Under the pieces are notes generated by a model. The model did no database searches, was not told where the DNA came from, and worked only from the letters and a program-made list of their open reading frames with translations. A stretch of DNA of 64,000 nt, from the IMG/VR virus record IMGVR_UViG_3300031994_002305, positions 229,073 through 293,072 of that record; one strand, written 5' to 3'. The first letter of the stretch is position 1, and every line of letters starts with the position of its first letter. Source of the stretch: a virus. Its lineage: Duplodnaviria; Heunggongvirae; Uroviricota; Caudoviricetes. The translations under genes were made by a program, and so were the position numbers. Positions 9,359-19,554 of the stretch are shown piece after piece.

Positions 9359-10009
9359 ATGACAAATAATTTTGATTTAATACAACAATATATGATTAAT
9401 GAAGGTATTCCTGTATTTGAAAAAGATATGGGAGACCTCTTTTTTGTTGTTATGCTAGTAAGACGTGGTAAAGATCATCCTGATTTACCTGCAGCTAATT
9501 ATTCATTTAAGTCTTACTATTTTGATAGTATTGAAAAATATCGTAAGCTTAAAGATGAAATGATCAAATGTTGTGAAATGTTTGGTTTAAGAGCTTATGT
9601 GTCTGTTAATGTTAAATCAAAAGAAGAATTCTCCAAGATGTGTGCATTTAAGTTTACACAGAATATTCTTAATAATGAATATAAGAAACCTTGGAGAGTT
9701 AATGACCATGTTTTTGGTAAGATTACAGCAAAGAATGATAATACATGGTTAGTTGATATTGATAATATTAACGTATCATCGCAAATCGATAGAGAGTATA
9801 TAGAGCAAATTGAAGATATTATAAATAGTTGTGATTCTAAATATTCTCCTGTTGTAATATATAGAATTCCTACAAGAAGTGGTTTTCATTTATTGACTAG
9901 ACCATTTAATGTGCAGAAATATCGTCAAAAATGGGATGAACTTAAATCAGAAAGAGAGTTTCCTGATATTAAGAAAAATCACATAACTTTACTTTATGAA
10001 AATATTTGA
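9359..10009 (+). CDS. Putative AEP/prim-pol-like protein
   Basis: WLVDID and PTRSGFHL motifs. Confidence 0.4.
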   Translation: MTNNFDLIQQYMINEGIPVFEKDMGDLFFVVMLVRRGKDHPDLPAANYSFKSYYFDSIEKYRKLKDEMIKCCEMFGLRAYVSVNVKSKEEFSKMCAFKFTQNILNNEYKKPWRVNDHVFGKITAKNDNTWLVDIDNINVSSQIDREYIEQIEDIINSCDSKYSPVVIYRIPTRSGFHLLTRPFNVQKYRQKWDELKSEREFPDIKKNHITLLYENI

Positions 10010-10023
10010 TTATGTAAATAATT

Positions 10024-11477
10024 ATGAATCCACGTAAAGAACGACAAGAACAAATAAGAGCTGCAGCAAAATATAATGCTGCTTGTAAAGATCCAGTTTC
10101 ATTTGAAGCTGGAGCAAAATGGGCTGATTTTAATCCTAATTGGAAAGAAGGATATCCGCAAATTGAAGAAAATAAATATGGACTTCCAAAATTATATTTA
10201 TGTCAAATATTAATATTAGATATGACTTTTGGATATCGTTATTCATATAGAGTTGGTTTTATAAACGAATTCGGAAAATGGAATATTGAAAGAGAAGGCT
10301 TTATTAAAGTCGTAAGATATATGGATATTTATTGTGATGAGTCTGATTCACAATTAATTCAAAAAGATATACCTTCATTTAACGAAAACACTGAAGACGA
10401 AGATGAAGAAACAGAACAAGATACTAATGAATATAAAAAAGCAGCTTAAACGATTATTTCATATGAAAGATTGGACAACATTAAAAAAAGATGATGTACT
10501 TCATTTATTAGTACCAAAAGAATTTAGTACTGATGATTTAAAGTATATTAAATATGAATATCAGGAATCTAAAGTAATTAATGTTCATTATTATGAAAAT
10601 TTAATTAATGTTAGATTTAAATATACTGGCAATGATGGAAAACGTCACAGAGTAGAATTATCAATTAATAAATCAAAGTATAATGAATCTTGTTTAGCGA
10701 GTGATAAGAAAACTAGTTGGGTAGCTCATTATAATCCAAAATATGGAGATATATTAGTTTCATATGTTAGTAAAGAAGAACTTAACAAAGTATATTCAGA
10801 AAGTATACAAAATGAAATAAAAAAATATGAAAGCTTAATTGAATCACAACGTAAAATTGTCAATCAGTTACGAAGCTTACAATATCTTTGCATATAATGA
10901 AAAAACTTAATGAATTAAATGTAGATGATATTATATATGCATTAGATAAAAATGCTTTATCTAAAGGTGTATTAGAATTTAGAGTTCTTGAACTTGAAGA
11001 TGATAAAGTATTTTTAGATACGCCTGATGGTATGCATTCGTTTAAGGTTAATAAAGATAACGAATATACTTCTAATTTTGCATATATATGTAATGATAGA
11101 TTACGTCAATTATATTTTATAGGTACTGATAAAAAACATTTATTAGAAACATATAAAATTTGGTTAGAACAATCAAAACAATATTATCGTAATAATATTA
11201 ATGAACTTAATTTCCATGTTAAGCGAAATAAAGATAATTTAGATATATGTAATAAAGATTTAGAAACAATTAATAAGTTAACTTTATGAAAAGATTTAGT
11301 GATGAAACACAAGCAATAATTGATAAGTATATTAAAAAACTTTGTGATTTTACTGAAGATTATACAGAAAATGAAAGATTTTTAGAACCATGGGATAAAG
11401 ATCTACAACAACTTATGGGAGATTTTGCATGGGATATTTATACAAAGGCAACCCAAAATATGGCACATATAGATTAA
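10024..11477 (+). other. Four hypothetical CDS (10024..10449, 10463..10897, 10897..11289, 11286..11477)
   Basis: Overlapping start/stop packing. Confidence 0.6.
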
Positions 11478-11478
11478 T

Positions 11479-11928
11479 ATGATAGTATTTAAAAAAGGAA
11501 ATTTATTTGATTCTGATTGTCAAACCTTAGTAAACACAGTTAATTGTGATGGTGTTATGGGAAAGGGTATTGCTTTACAATTTAAACAAAGATATCCTGA
11601 AATGTTTAATGAATATAAATACGCATGTAAAAGGGAAATCATAAAGGGTGGTGGTTCTTTATGGGTATATCCATTTGTTGATAATTTTAAGTTCAGAAAT
11701 ATTTTATGTTTTGCGACAAAAGAACATTGGTGGAATCCATCTAAAATTGAATGGATTGAAATTGGGTTAAATTTATTTGCTATTAAATATAAAGAATTAG
11801 GAATTACATCAATTGCATGGCCTAAATTGGGTTGTACTAATGGTAAACTTAATTGGGAAAATCAAGTAAAACCTCTTATGATTAAGTATTTAGATACTTT
11901 AAATATATTAAATGAAATTTATGAATAG
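11479..11928 (+). CDS. Stand-alone macro domain (DarG-like ADP-ribosylhydrolase)
   Basis: GNLF...LVNTVNCDGVMGKGIALQFKQRYP...FATKEHW...SIAWPKLGCTNGKLNW. Confidence 0.85.
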   Translation: MIVFKKGNLFDSDCQTLVNTVNCDGVMGKGIALQFKQRYPEMFNEYKYACKREIIKGGGSLWVYPFVDNFKFRNILCFATKEHWWNPSKIEWIEIGLNLFAIKYKELGITSIAWPKLGCTNGKLNWENQVKPLMIKYLDTLNILNEIYE

Positions 11929-13183
11929 TGACATACTTGGCATATTTTATATTGTTACTGGCATTTATAAAGAATATTTTAATGATTTTATAAATACTAT
12001 TCAATATATATTTCCTGGATATACAAAAAAATTAATTCTAATATCAGATGGATTAGATGAATATAACAATATGTATATTAATGATGTTAATATATGTGTT
12101 GAAAATTTTATTAATTATCCTTATCCATTTATTAACACTAATAAATTGCAAATTGTTGAATATTATGCAAATAAACATAATATAAATAATATTATATATT
12201 TTGATAGTGATACATATTTTATACCAAATAAAGAAAAATCTTTTTATGATGATTTAGTAAAAAAATCAAATGAAAAATTTGTTTCATTAATACCTCCTTA
12301 TTTTATAAAATTTACATTTAGAGATTTTATATATGTAATGAATAATTTTTCTTTATTTGGTGAAAACAATAAGTTTCATGATTTTAAATTTTTTTATAAT
12401 GGTGAAAATTACGATACAATAGATACATCATATAAATGGATTCAAACTTCATTTTTTATGTGTTCAAAATCAATATTACATAACTTAAATGAAATATTAA
12501 TAGATTTAATTAGCTATAATATAAGGGTTATGGGTTGTAAACTAAACTATTCTGATGAATTTTATATTAACTTATTAAATGTAAAATATAATTCAGATTT
12601 GTTTTTTGCAGATTTTTATGGACAGGATAAAGATGAAAATAATAAGTTTGATACGGTATTTTTCTATCAAAAAATAAAAAATATAGATATTAAGCAATCT
12701 TTGAAATACGGAAATTTAAATAAAAATTTTAGAATGTTTTTATTAAATAATGATGATAACATTTCTGAAAATGATATATATAAATTTTTTATAAATCATA
12801 GAAAAAATTTTTTATTATCATCATACGGATATAATATACATGCTAAACAATTATTTTTTGATTTTTTATATCTTGATTTTACTTACTTTGATGGACAAGA
12901 AAATATAATTTTACATAAAGATTTATATTCTAATAGATTTATACAATTATACGATGAAAATGAATTATGTATAGGATTTGTTAATAAAATTAATATTTTT
13001 TCAGATAATTTTAATTACGATAAATTTTATGATGAAAATTATGATTATATAGAAGGACGTAGTTTCAATGATTTAAAAGAAATGAATTTTTATGATATAG
13101 ATATGTGTTGTTTTTCAAAACGATATATTGAAGCATATTTTAATGATAATATTAATTTTGAACCTAAAATATATAAAATTTAA
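11912..13183 (+). CDS. GT6-like glycosyltransferase with C-terminal extension
   Basis: LGIFYIVTGIYKEYFNDF...IFPG...LISD; DxD (FDSD); SDEFYIN resembles GT6 HDESHLN. Confidence 0.6.
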   Translation: MKFMNSDILGIFYIVTGIYKEYFNDFINTIQYIFPGYTKKLILISDGLDEYNNMYINDVNICVENFINYPYPFINTNKLQIVEYYANKHNINNIIYFDSDTYFIPNKEKSFYDDLVKKSNEKFVSLIPPYFIKFTFRDFIYVMNNFSLFGENNKFHDFKFFYNGENYDTIDTSYKWIQTSFFMCSKSILHNLNEILIDLISYNIRVMGCKLNYSDEFYINLLNVKYNSDLFFADFYGQDKDENNKFDTVFFYQKIKNIDIKQSLKYGNLNKNFRMFLLNNDDNISENDIYKFFINHRKNFLLSSYGYNIHAKQLFFDFLYLDFTYFDGQENIILHKDLYSNRFIQLYDENELCIGFVNKINIFSDNFNYDKFYDENYDYIEGRSFNDLKEMNFYDIDMCCFSKRYIEAYFNDNINFEPKIYKI

Positions 13184-13194
13184 AAATAGTAATT

Positions 13195-13836
13195 ATGGGA
13201 ATTAACGAATTTATTAATCAAGGCGTAGAAAAACATGGTGCTCAAGAGTTTTATGATATACTTAATAATTCTTGGGAAGATTATGGGTATGAAGTACGAA
13301 ATGCAGTACTTGATGATATTTATAGAAAGATTAAACCAAGTAAAATTGAGACTATTGATGATTTAGCTAGATTATTAGATGGCAATGATAATAGAGATGA
13401 ATTATCTAATAAATATAATATTGATGTAGAAGATATATGTCGTAAAAATAAGTGGGTAATTTGTTTTCCATATTCAGATGATAATTTTGAATGTAGAGGA
13501 ATTATTTATGACGAAGTAGGTGCATATGATGGTGGATATTATAAATTTGTAAAAAAAGGTGATTTTTATCCAGATGAAGATAGTGATAACACATATCATA
13601 AAGCTGAATATGACACAATAATTTCAGTATCTTCACATGATGAATATGATGTACAGGTAAACTGGTGTAGTGATAAAATATATGATACTGGTAAAAAATA
13701 TATTTGGGATTATATAGTTCAAAATGATAAGTTACCTCATGCATATTTTAATATAATTGATTCAGATACTGAAGAAGATGAAATATGGGCTAAATGTTGT
13801 GTAATAGATTTAAGTCATTTATATGAAAAGAATTAA
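13195..13836 (+). CDS. Conserved phage hypothetical protein
   Basis: LLDG...YSDDNFECRG...DEVGAYDGG pattern recalled from phage hypotheticals. Confidence 0.6.
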   Translation: MGINEFINQGVEKHGAQEFYDILNNSWEDYGYEVRNAVLDDIYRKIKPSKIETIDDLARLLDGNDNRDELSNKYNIDVEDICRKNKWVICFPYSDDNFECRGIIYDEVGAYDGGYYKFVKKGDFYPDEDSDNTYHKAEYDTIISVSSHDEYDVQVNWCSDKIYDTGKKYIWDYIVQNDKLPHAYFNIIDSDTEEDEIWAKCCVIDLSHLYEKN

Positions 13837-14038
13837 AAATATATTAGAATATCCTTATATTAAAATTTTAAATTATATTGGTGAAAGTATAAAACAATTT
13901 GACAATCATACATATAGGTCAATTACATCAATAAATATTTGGGATTTAATAATGTTTTACTTAATATTATTAGGAATAATAACATTTTCTTTAACAGTTT
14001 TTGTTGGAGTATTTTCTATTTTAAAGGATATTTTTTAA
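13823..14038 (+). CDS. Small membrane protein
   Basis: Hydrophobic C-terminal helix. Confidence 0.5.
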   Translation: MKRIKNILEYPYIKILNYIGESIKQFDNHTYRSITSINIWDLIMFYLILLGIITFSLTVFVGVFSILKDIF

Positions 14039-14055
14039 CAAATTTTTAATTTTAA

Positions 14056-14089
14056 TTGAATTTTTATTTTATAGTTGTTCTATATTATT
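14056..14089 (+). promoter_or_regulatory. Conserved phage promoter upstream of the sigma factor
   Basis: TTGAAT-N18-CTATATTATT. Confidence 0.55.
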
Positions 14090-14157
14090 CAAATAATATA
14101 GAATAACTTTTTGTACTTATATCCCAACATAGTAAATATATTAATGGGATAATAAAA

Positions 14158-15375
14158 GTGAGTAGACAATTTAATTTAACAAAAACCTCATTAAACAAGA
14201 TTAATAATTTTTTAGATTCTGTAGAAGATAAAATTAATGATCAACAGTTTTTTGATGAATTTTCATCAATAGTTTTTTTAGATGTTAAACGAATTAAAGA
14301 TTGCGCAGAATCTGCCATAGTTGATTTTTATATTGAGACATGTCAGCATCTTTTAGATAAAAATGAATATGAAATTTATGAATCTTTTTATGATGAACTT
14401 AAACAATGTACTAGAAAAAAATTAGCTGACAAATATGTATCTAAAGCAACATTTGACAATAATATAGACATTTATTTTAATGAAGTAAAACGTGAGTATA
14501 TATTGCATCCTATGGGTGAATCAGAAGATATGGCTTTTGTTCCGGAAAATAGGGATGTATTTATAAAAAACAATTTGAAGTTAGTTATTGATTGTGCAAA
14601 GCGTTATCAAAATTTGGGATTACCATTAGAAGATTTAATACAAGCAGGAAATGAAGGACTTTTAACTGCATTTGATAAATTTGATACAGATAGAGCAAAT
14701 TTGAGATTTGCGATTTTAAAAGATATCAAAAATACTAATAAAATATATTTTACAAAAGCTGATGCTGAAGAATTAATTAAACGTAATTTTAAATATTCTA
14801 AAACATTAGATGCGACACTAAAAAAGATACCTGATTTAGGTTTTAATTCAAAAAATGATTTTATAGAATGGGCTAATGACAATATTAAAAAAGCTTCTTT
14901 CTCATCAATTGGATTCGCTTGGATTAAAGCAAAAATCATATGTCAAATTAATAAAGTTGGTAAAGTTATTAAAGTTCCTAAATCAGCAAAAAAGACAGAT
15001 CAATCTTCAATAAATATAATTCGTTTGGATTCTGTTAATCCACACACAGATGATTGTTATCATGACAATCAAATATCTGGAGCAGCAAATGATGATTTTG
15101 CTATTATGGATGAGTCTATGGAAGCAATGGAAAAACAAAATTTATTTAAAGAAATTTTGGATAAAGTATTAAGTAAATTACAACCTATAGATAGACGAAT
15201 TATTAAAAAGAAATTTGGTATTGATGCGCCATTTTCAATGTCAATAAATGAAATTGCTGAAAATGAAGGAATATCTCCAAATAAAGTAAAATATAGTATA
15301 TCAAATACATTAAAACTAATTGAGAAAAATATATCTGCTTCAGATAAGAAAAATATTATTGAATTACTTAAATGA
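14158..15375 (+). CDS. Sigma70-family (RpoD-like) sigma factor with an insertion in region 2
   Basis: NLKLVIDCAKRYQNLGLPLEDLIQAGNEGLLTAFDKFD; region 4 HTH; GTG start. Confidence 0.85.
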   Translation: MSRQFNLTKTSLNKINNFLDSVEDKINDQQFFDEFSSIVFLDVKRIKDCAESAIVDFYIETCQHLLDKNEYEIYESFYDELKQCTRKKLADKYVSKATFDNNIDIYFNEVKREYILHPMGESEDMAFVPENRDVFIKNNLKLVIDCAKRYQNLGLPLEDLIQAGNEGLLTAFDKFDTDRANLRFAILKDIKNTNKIYFTKADAEELIKRNFKYSKTLDATLKKIPDLGFNSKNDFIEWANDNIKKASFSSIGFAWIKAKIICQINKVGKVIKVPKSAKKTDQSSINIIRLDSVNPHTDDCYHDNQISGAANDDFAIMDESMEAMEKQNLFKEILDKVLSKLQPIDRRIIKKKFGIDAPFSMSINEIAENEGISPNKVKYSISNTLKLIEKNISASDKKNIIELLK

Positions 15376-16205
15376 ATCCAATTAGATTGATATTTTCATA
15401 TTATATTGTTAAAGAAGATATATATAATGTAATATATAAATATCATTTAACTTTATTGAAAGAATTTGGACATCTTTTTGATCATATTGATATTTATCTA
15501 TGTATTGATGATATTAATAATATTGACATAATAAATGTAGTCAAAACATTTATATTAAGTTATTTAAATGAATATTCAAATAAAATAAATTTCTCTATAC
15601 AACAAAATGATCATTTTTATAGAGAAGGAAAGACATATTATAATCAATTATTATTAAGATTAAATGAATATTCTAGTAATAATGAAATAGTTATGTTTGG
15701 CCATACAAAAGGATTAACTAATAATGACTTAGATAATTCAATAAACTGGATATGTTTAATATATTATTTTTGTTTACAACAATTTTGGCAAGCAAAATAT
15801 TATTTAACTGATAATAGTTTTGATAAAATTTGTTATGGACCTTTATATTACTATTCGTTAAGAAATATGTCAAAATATAAATGGATGTATGTTGGTGGCT
15901 TTTCAATAGTTAATACTAATCGTTTATTAAATTATATTAACAACAACAATTTACAATTATTTAATTATTCTAAAGAACAAAATATTAGAATATGTGCAGA
16001 AGAATATCTCCCAAATATAGTTCCTATTGATTATGTAAGTTTTTTTAATTTTCAAAATTATAACTTATATAACGATTTAATAAAATATGAAAATGGCTTT
16101 ATATGGTATTATGATGTATTATATGTTGCAAGTTTATTAATGCCACCTGATATTTATTTAGAATTCTGTGAATTTAAACAAAATATATGTAATAAAATTA
16201 ATTAA
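15372..16205 (+). CDS. REG/HTKG-family putative glycosyltransferase-like protein, paralog 1
   Basis: YREG...FGHTKGLTN...W; shared with 16205 and 18679. Confidence 0.45.
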   Translation: MNPIRLIFSYYIVKEDIYNVIYKYHLTLLKEFGHLFDHIDIYLCIDDINNIDIINVVKTFILSYLNEYSNKINFSIQQNDHFYREGKTYYNQLLLRLNEYSSNNEIVMFGHTKGLTNNDLDNSINWICLIYYFCLQQFWQAKYYLTDNSFDKICYGPLYYYSLRNMSKYKWMYVGGFSIVNTNRLLNYINNNNLQLFNYSKEQNIRICAEEYLPNIVPIDYVSFFNFQNYNLYNDLIKYENGFIWYYDVLYVASLLMPPDIYLEFCEFKQNICNKIN

Positions 16206-17062
16206 TGAAATTACAAAGTATTTATATATTTTATATAGCAGATAATAATTGTAATAATGATGTATATAAATTACATTATTATTTTTTAGAACAATTATCA
16301 TATATTCTTGATAAAATGACTTTCATTATTTTATATGATAATAAACAAACAGATGATATTGTTTATAGAGTTAAGTCTAAATTAATTAATATATGTAAAT
16401 GTAAAGAGGTTCAATTTATCATGGAACCAAATAATAGTGATTATAGAGAAGGTTTATATTTCAAAAAATATATCATTGATAAGTTAGATAAATATGACGA
16501 ATATTTAACATTTTTTGGACATACTAAAGGTGTAACGAATCCAAATGGTTTAAATAATTTGAAAAACTTATATACATGGATATGTTTTTTATATTACTTT
16601 AACATACATTTTATTAATGAAATAACTCGTAAATTAAATACAAATTCAATTGATGAAGATTATATAACATACGGAAGTTTATATTTTAAAGATTATAGAC
16701 ATAATAATGTACATAATTGGTTTTATTCTGGTTCATTTTATTGGATTAATACATATAAATTAAATAAATACATTAATGACAATAATATTGATATTAATCC
16801 ATTTATATGTAAAGAAAATGAACGATTAAAAAGATGTGCTGAATTATTTATTGGTAGTTGTTTACCATCTAAATATGCCGCATTTCATAATGATCAATTT
16901 TTTAATAAAGAAACTGAACATTTTCATAATAGTGGATGGGAAATTTCATATAATGGTATAGACGGTTTAATTAATCCTTATGTTAATATTGGTGATATAA
17001 ATGAATATGTTATAGAAAGGAATAAAATAATGGATCAACTTAATATAAAAATATTTGAATAA
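16205..17062 (+). CDS. REG/HTKG-family protein, paralog 2
   Basis: YREG...FGHTKGVTN...YSGSFYWIN...AELFIG. Confidence 0.45.
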   Translation: MKLQSIYIFYIADNNCNNDVYKLHYYFLEQLSYILDKMTFIILYDNKQTDDIVYRVKSKLINICKCKEVQFIMEPNNSDYREGLYFKKYIIDKLDKYDEYLTFFGHTKGVTNPNGLNNLKNLYTWICFLYYFNIHFINEITRKLNTNSIDEDYITYGSLYFKDYRHNNVHNWFYSGSFYWINTYKLNKYINDNNIDINPFICKENERLKRCAELFIGSCLPSKYAAFHNDQFFNKETEHFHNSGWEISYNGIDGLINPYVNIGDINEYVIERNKIMDQLNIKIFE

Positions 17063-17065
17063 TAA

Positions 17066-18682
17066 ATGACATCGTGTATAATAGTTCAAATAAAAAATGA
17101 AAATATTTATTTAGATGAATGGATTACATATCATAAAAATTTAGGAATCAATCATATATATGTGATTGACAATAATGATATTGATGGGGAAGATCCAAAT
17201 ATTGTATTAAGTAAATATGGAGACTTTATATCATATGAAAATAAACGAGGAATTAATGAACCAGGTACACATAAAAAATCATATGTAGATACATATAATA
17301 TTAATTCAAATAATTATGATTGGTTTATATTTATTGATGTAGATGAATTTATTACATTAAATAATTATGAAAATATAAATGATTATTTATCTTTAGAATG
17401 TTTTCATAATGTGGATCAAATATTAATTAATTGGGTTGTTTATACTGATAATAATTTAATACATTATGAAAACAGGCCAGTTATTGAAAGATTTATAGAA
17501 AGATATAATGGAGAAAATGCAGACTATAATTTGAATTTAATGTTTAAACCAATTTTACATGGTGGATTGCATATTAAAAATTGGGATGATCACAAATATC
17601 ATAATGTTGTTAATTTTGAAAATCCATTTAAAACTGTAAATGAATCTGGTAAATTGGCTGATGATTACTATGGACTTAATAGACAACATTATGAATCAGA
17701 ATGTTATATAAGACATTATATGACTAAATCATTAGAAGAATTTTTAATTAAGAAATATAATAAAGATGATGGTGATCATAATTATCAATATGACATTGCT
17801 AATGCTTATTTAAAAATTAATACATGGAATAATGATAAAGAAATATTTTTTAATTCATTTATTAATCATGATTTAATTAAATATTCAATAGTAACTTGTT
17901 TATTTGGTAATTATGATATTTTAAAAGAACCAAAAGAAATTGATAAAAATGCAGAATATATATGTATAACAGATAGAAAAGATTTAACATCAAATACTTG
18001 GAAAATTATATATGATGAAGAATTAGATAATGATGAACTATTAGGAATTCAAAAATCATTTATAGTTAAATATTTAAAACTATTTGATTATGTATCAAAA
18101 GATTCAAAATATATTATTAGGTTAGATGCATCAATTCAAATTCATAAATCATTATATGATATAATAAAATATATTGATGATAATAATTTTGATTGTGCTT
18201 TAATGATGCATCCTGAAAGAAACAATTTAATTGATGAATATAATGTATGGGAATCATTAAGAAATCATAACCCATATTTTAAAGAAAAATTTTTACAAAA
18301 AATGAATGATAATTATTTTAATGAATTTAATAAAGGCTTAATTGAAACAACTTTACAAATTTATAAAAATAATGACATATGTAAAAAACTATTTTATTCA
18401 TTATCTAAATGTATGAAAACTGTAAATTTTTGTGATAATAATGATCAATGCTATTATACATATGTAATGAAAGATTTTGTTAATAAATTAAATATACTAT
18501 TTATTAATAGACAAATAATATCTTCAAAATATATGGATTTATGTTTTCATTATACTAATGAAGTCGTATATAAAGATCATAATCATGCTCGTGGTCCATT
18601 GGGAGAATTTATATATGATTTAGATAAACCTATATATTATACACTGTATAATAAAACTAAAAAAATACATTATTTTATATGA
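17066..18682 (+). CDS. GT2/GT92-like plus DUF616-like two-domain glycosyltransferase
   Basis: IKNENIYLDEWITYH...IYVIDN...WFIFIDVDEF; C-terminal domain homologous to that of 6269..7786. Confidence 0.75.
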   Translation: MTSCIIVQIKNENIYLDEWITYHKNLGINHIYVIDNNDIDGEDPNIVLSKYGDFISYENKRGINEPGTHKKSYVDTYNINSNNYDWFIFIDVDEFITLNNYENINDYLSLECFHNVDQILINWVVYTDNNLIHYENRPVIERFIERYNGENADYNLNLMFKPILHGGLHIKNWDDHKYHNVVNFENPFKTVNESGKLADDYYGLNRQHYESECYIRHYMTKSLEEFLIKKYNKDDGDHNYQYDIANAYLKINTWNNDKEIFFNSFINHDLIKYSIVTCLFGNYDILKEPKEIDKNAEYICITDRKDLTSNTWKIIYDEELDNDELLGIQKSFIVKYLKLFDYVSKDSKYIIRLDASIQIHKSLYDIIKYIDDNNFDCALMMHPERNNLIDEYNVWESLRNHNPYFKEKFLQKMNDNYFNEFNKGLIETTLQIYKNNDICKKLFYSLSKCMKTVNFCDNNDQCYYTYVMKDFVNKLNILFINRQIISSKYMDLCFHYTNEVVYKDHNHARGPLGEFIYDLDKPIYYTLYNKTKKIHYFI

Positions 18683-19545
18683 ATAGCTTAAAATTAATTG
18701 ATAAAACGACATTTAGATTAGTTTATTCATTTTTTATTTCAGATAATATTAAATCATTTGATGATCATATATCTTATAGAATTCATCTTTTATGTTTAGA
18801 AAAATGTTTACAACATTATAATTTATTTGATGAATGTATATTTATTATACAAGCCACTGATGTTAATAATCCTTTAATTAATGAATTAAAACATATACTT
18901 TCTGAATATACAATTAATATAAAAAAAGTATCTTATATTATTGAAGAAAATGATCCTTATGAAAGAGAAGGTGGTATATTTGAAAAATATATCATAAACA
19001 AATTTAATGATTATGATGGTTTAACATTATTTTTTCATAATAAAGGATTAAACAAAGCATATGGAGATACACTTGATACGTGGTGCTCACGATGGATAAT
19101 TGGAGAATATTATTATTTAATGCTACATATAAAAGATTGGTTTGGTGATTTTTTACATCTTAATAATAAATTGATATATGGTTGGCCACACATGCATGAT
19201 AATTTCCATAAACAATGGTTAATTGGTGGTAATTGCTTTTGGATGAAATGCAAAGATATTCAAAAATATATTGAAGATAATAATTTACAAACTAATTATA
19301 TAACATCAAAATGTGTTTCAGAATTTTATTTTCCAGAAATATTTAATGATGAAGTAGTTGAATACCCAAATTCTAATGTAATAAAAAATTACTTTGAACA
19401 TGCTAATTATTATGAGCCTGCATTTAATGATAAGTTTAATGAGTTCTTAAAAAATACAACCCCATATAATGATTATGTATTATTTGATAAATTTTATAAC
19501 TTTATTATAAATCAATATTATGTATATTTAACTAAAAATAAATAA
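18679..19545 (+). CDS. REG/HTKG-family protein, paralog 3
   Basis: YEREG...FFHNKG...GGNCFWMK...SEFYF. Confidence 0.45.
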   Translation: MNSLKLIDKTTFRLVYSFFISDNIKSFDDHISYRIHLLCLEKCLQHYNLFDECIFIIQATDVNNPLINELKHILSEYTINIKKVSYIIEENDPYEREGGIFEKYIINKFNDYDGLTLFFHNKGLNKAYGDTLDTWCSRWIIGEYYYLMLHIKDWFGDFLHLNNKLIYGWPHMHDNFHKQWLIGGNCFWMKCKDIQKYIEDNNLQTNYITSKCVSEFYFPEIFNDEVVEYPNSNVIKNYFEHANYYEPAFNDKFNEFLKNTTPYNDYVLFDKFYNFIINQYYVYLTKNK

Positions 19546-19554
19546 TTTAAATAT

